Shown: positions 62,401-64,000 of the stretch, piece after piece
How positions within the stretch are numbered: position 1 is the first letter of the stretch
Layout of the letters: every line of letters starts with the position of its first letter
Made by a program: the position numbers and the translations under genes
The notes under the pieces: model-generated
Seen by the model: only the letters and a program-made list of their open reading frames with translations
Told to the model about the DNA's origin: nothing
Databases searched by the model: none
Origin: Geosiphon pyriformis uo1
Lineage: Eukaryota > Fungi > Glomeromycota
Reading direction: 5' to 3'
Length of the DNA stretch: 64,000 nt
Assembly (NCBI GenBank): GCA_016748015.1
Contig: JAAOMT010000697.1
Span: 504,868-568,867, forward strand

Positions 62401-64000
62401 GAAACATTGCGACAAATCAGTTTTGGATATGCTTTTAGTGCTTTTGAATGTTTGCTTGAAGCGTGAATCTGTTTCTGGGCCTTGGAAGGAGGCTTGGGTG
62501 TCGATGATCCCCAAACCATATGAGTGGGAGGGTGTTCTCACGAATACCTGTCCTATTGCTTTGATTGAAACGGCTCGCAAAATCCTTTCTAAAGTGCTTT
62601 CGGACAGAATTTCTTCGGCTTGTAGTGTTTTCAACGTTCTGAGGGGGGATAATTTTTCTGTTTTAAAAGGCACAACCACACAGTCTCCTATTTTCGCTAT
62701 TGGATCGGTCATTGAGGATGCTTTGAAGAAGAACCAAGAGCTGTGGCTGGTCTTGCAAGACATGCGAAAGGCTTATGATTCTGTTGGCTGGAAGCATCTG
62801 AGGAAGAGCTTGGTCAGAATAAAAATGTATAACAAATTTATTCGGTTTTTTGGTAGCATACACAATGATCGGGTCAACAGAATTATGACGGATTTTGGGT
62901 TGATTGATGGATATTGGGTACATGATGGTTTGGATCAAGGGAAGGTGTTTTCTCCTCTTCTCTGGTGCATATTTTATGATCCCCTTTTGTGTAAAGTCAA
63001 GAGACAAGAAAGTGTATGTGGATACAGGTTAGACTCTCGTTTTGTTGCTAACACTGGTCATGCTGAATCTCGGGCTGGTTTGACTTCTTTCCTTGCTGCT
63101 GGTGTTTTCTTCGACGATACAATTTGGATTGGTAGCAGCCAGGCTGCCACCCAACATATTCTCAATGTTGCTAGTAAGTTTTTTAGAGTCAATGACATTT
63201 CGATCAATAATGACAAGACGGTGGCCATTCCTATTAATTGCAGAGTTTCCAGTCCTTATTTGTTGATCAGTGGTTTGCCTATTTTGATAGCCAAAAGAGA
63301 AGAGCCTCATCGGTACCTGGGTATCTTTCTGTTTACTGAAGGTTTGTTGATGCCTAGCTTGGCTAAGGCATGTTTGGATGTCTGGTTTTTCACCAACCTT
63401 GTTCTGAGAAAGGCTATCTCTGATAAACAGTTCTCATATTTGGTGTCAGCGGTTTTTCACTCCATAATTGCCTACAGGACTCAGTTTAGTTTTGTTCCTA
63501 TTAGTGTGTGTGCGAAATAGGATGCTATGATTCGTAAAGGTTTGAAGTCCAAATCTGGCCTGCCGCTCGACTTTCCCAATAATGCTATTCATCATTCTTC
63601 TCTGTACAGGTTGAAATCTTTTGAACAGGTCCAGACTGAGAGCAAGTCAGCTGCTGTTGTTTGTTTTGCCAATTCAGTGAGTATTTTGGGCCGCCTGTTC
63701 GTGCACAAGTCTCATGATTTACAGGTTCTCAGCTGGCGCTCTCGTCACCCCCTGCTTTTCCCTTTTCGTATTAATATCAGTCCTTTGAATAATTTTTTGG
63801 CTGGTGTCATCCGGATTTTTTTGGGTTGTGACCTTTCTCTAGATGGTCTTGTGACCAATGCTTTTTGTTTTCAAAAGGGGACCCCAATGTCTATTGTTCT
63901 TGGCGAGTTAGCTTTTTATAAATGTGTCTCTTCATTTCAGCAATATGGAATTGCCTTTGTTGAGCAGCTTCGCGATCGAACTGGTTTTGTTTTCAAATGT

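Larger units (their letters stand above)
50241..64000 (+). mobile_element. Relatively young LINE interrupted in ORF1 by a Gypsy element; runs off the window
   Basis: ORF1 50378-51382 resumes at 60018 (EKT|CVIDH); ORF2 starts at 60803, with a 738-aa open stretch 61304-63520 containing RT motifs. Confidence 0.95.

Overview
Eukaryotic, intron-rich fungal DNA. The gene set, AT content and TE families point to an early-diverging fungus, probably Glomeromycotina (Geosiphon-like); this is inference, not a database result. Two compact islands of host genes are present. The first (1-6 kb) holds a CHERP-like splicing factor, a PBDC1/Ypl225w homolog and the Sec2 Rab-GEF. The second (31.7-36.5 kb) holds RPS19 and a kinesin-5. 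The rest is nested transposons: several RNase-H-bearing LINEs of different ages, an ORF1-only LINE derivative in two copies, Ty3/Gypsy elements (solo LTRs, non-autonomous derivatives, and one young copy with a Cys-rich insert plus dUTPase in its polyprotein), and a hAT remnant. The strongest signals are (i) repeat-restricted C:G->T:A hypermutation that includes non-CpG contexts (RIP-like), (ii) the unusual Gypsy polyprotein architecture, and (iii) a HAL1-like ORF1-only element sharing a structured 3' tail with the autonomous LINEs. The 52-59.5 kb region is scrambled by N gaps, so domain order there is reconstructed from overlapping fragments.
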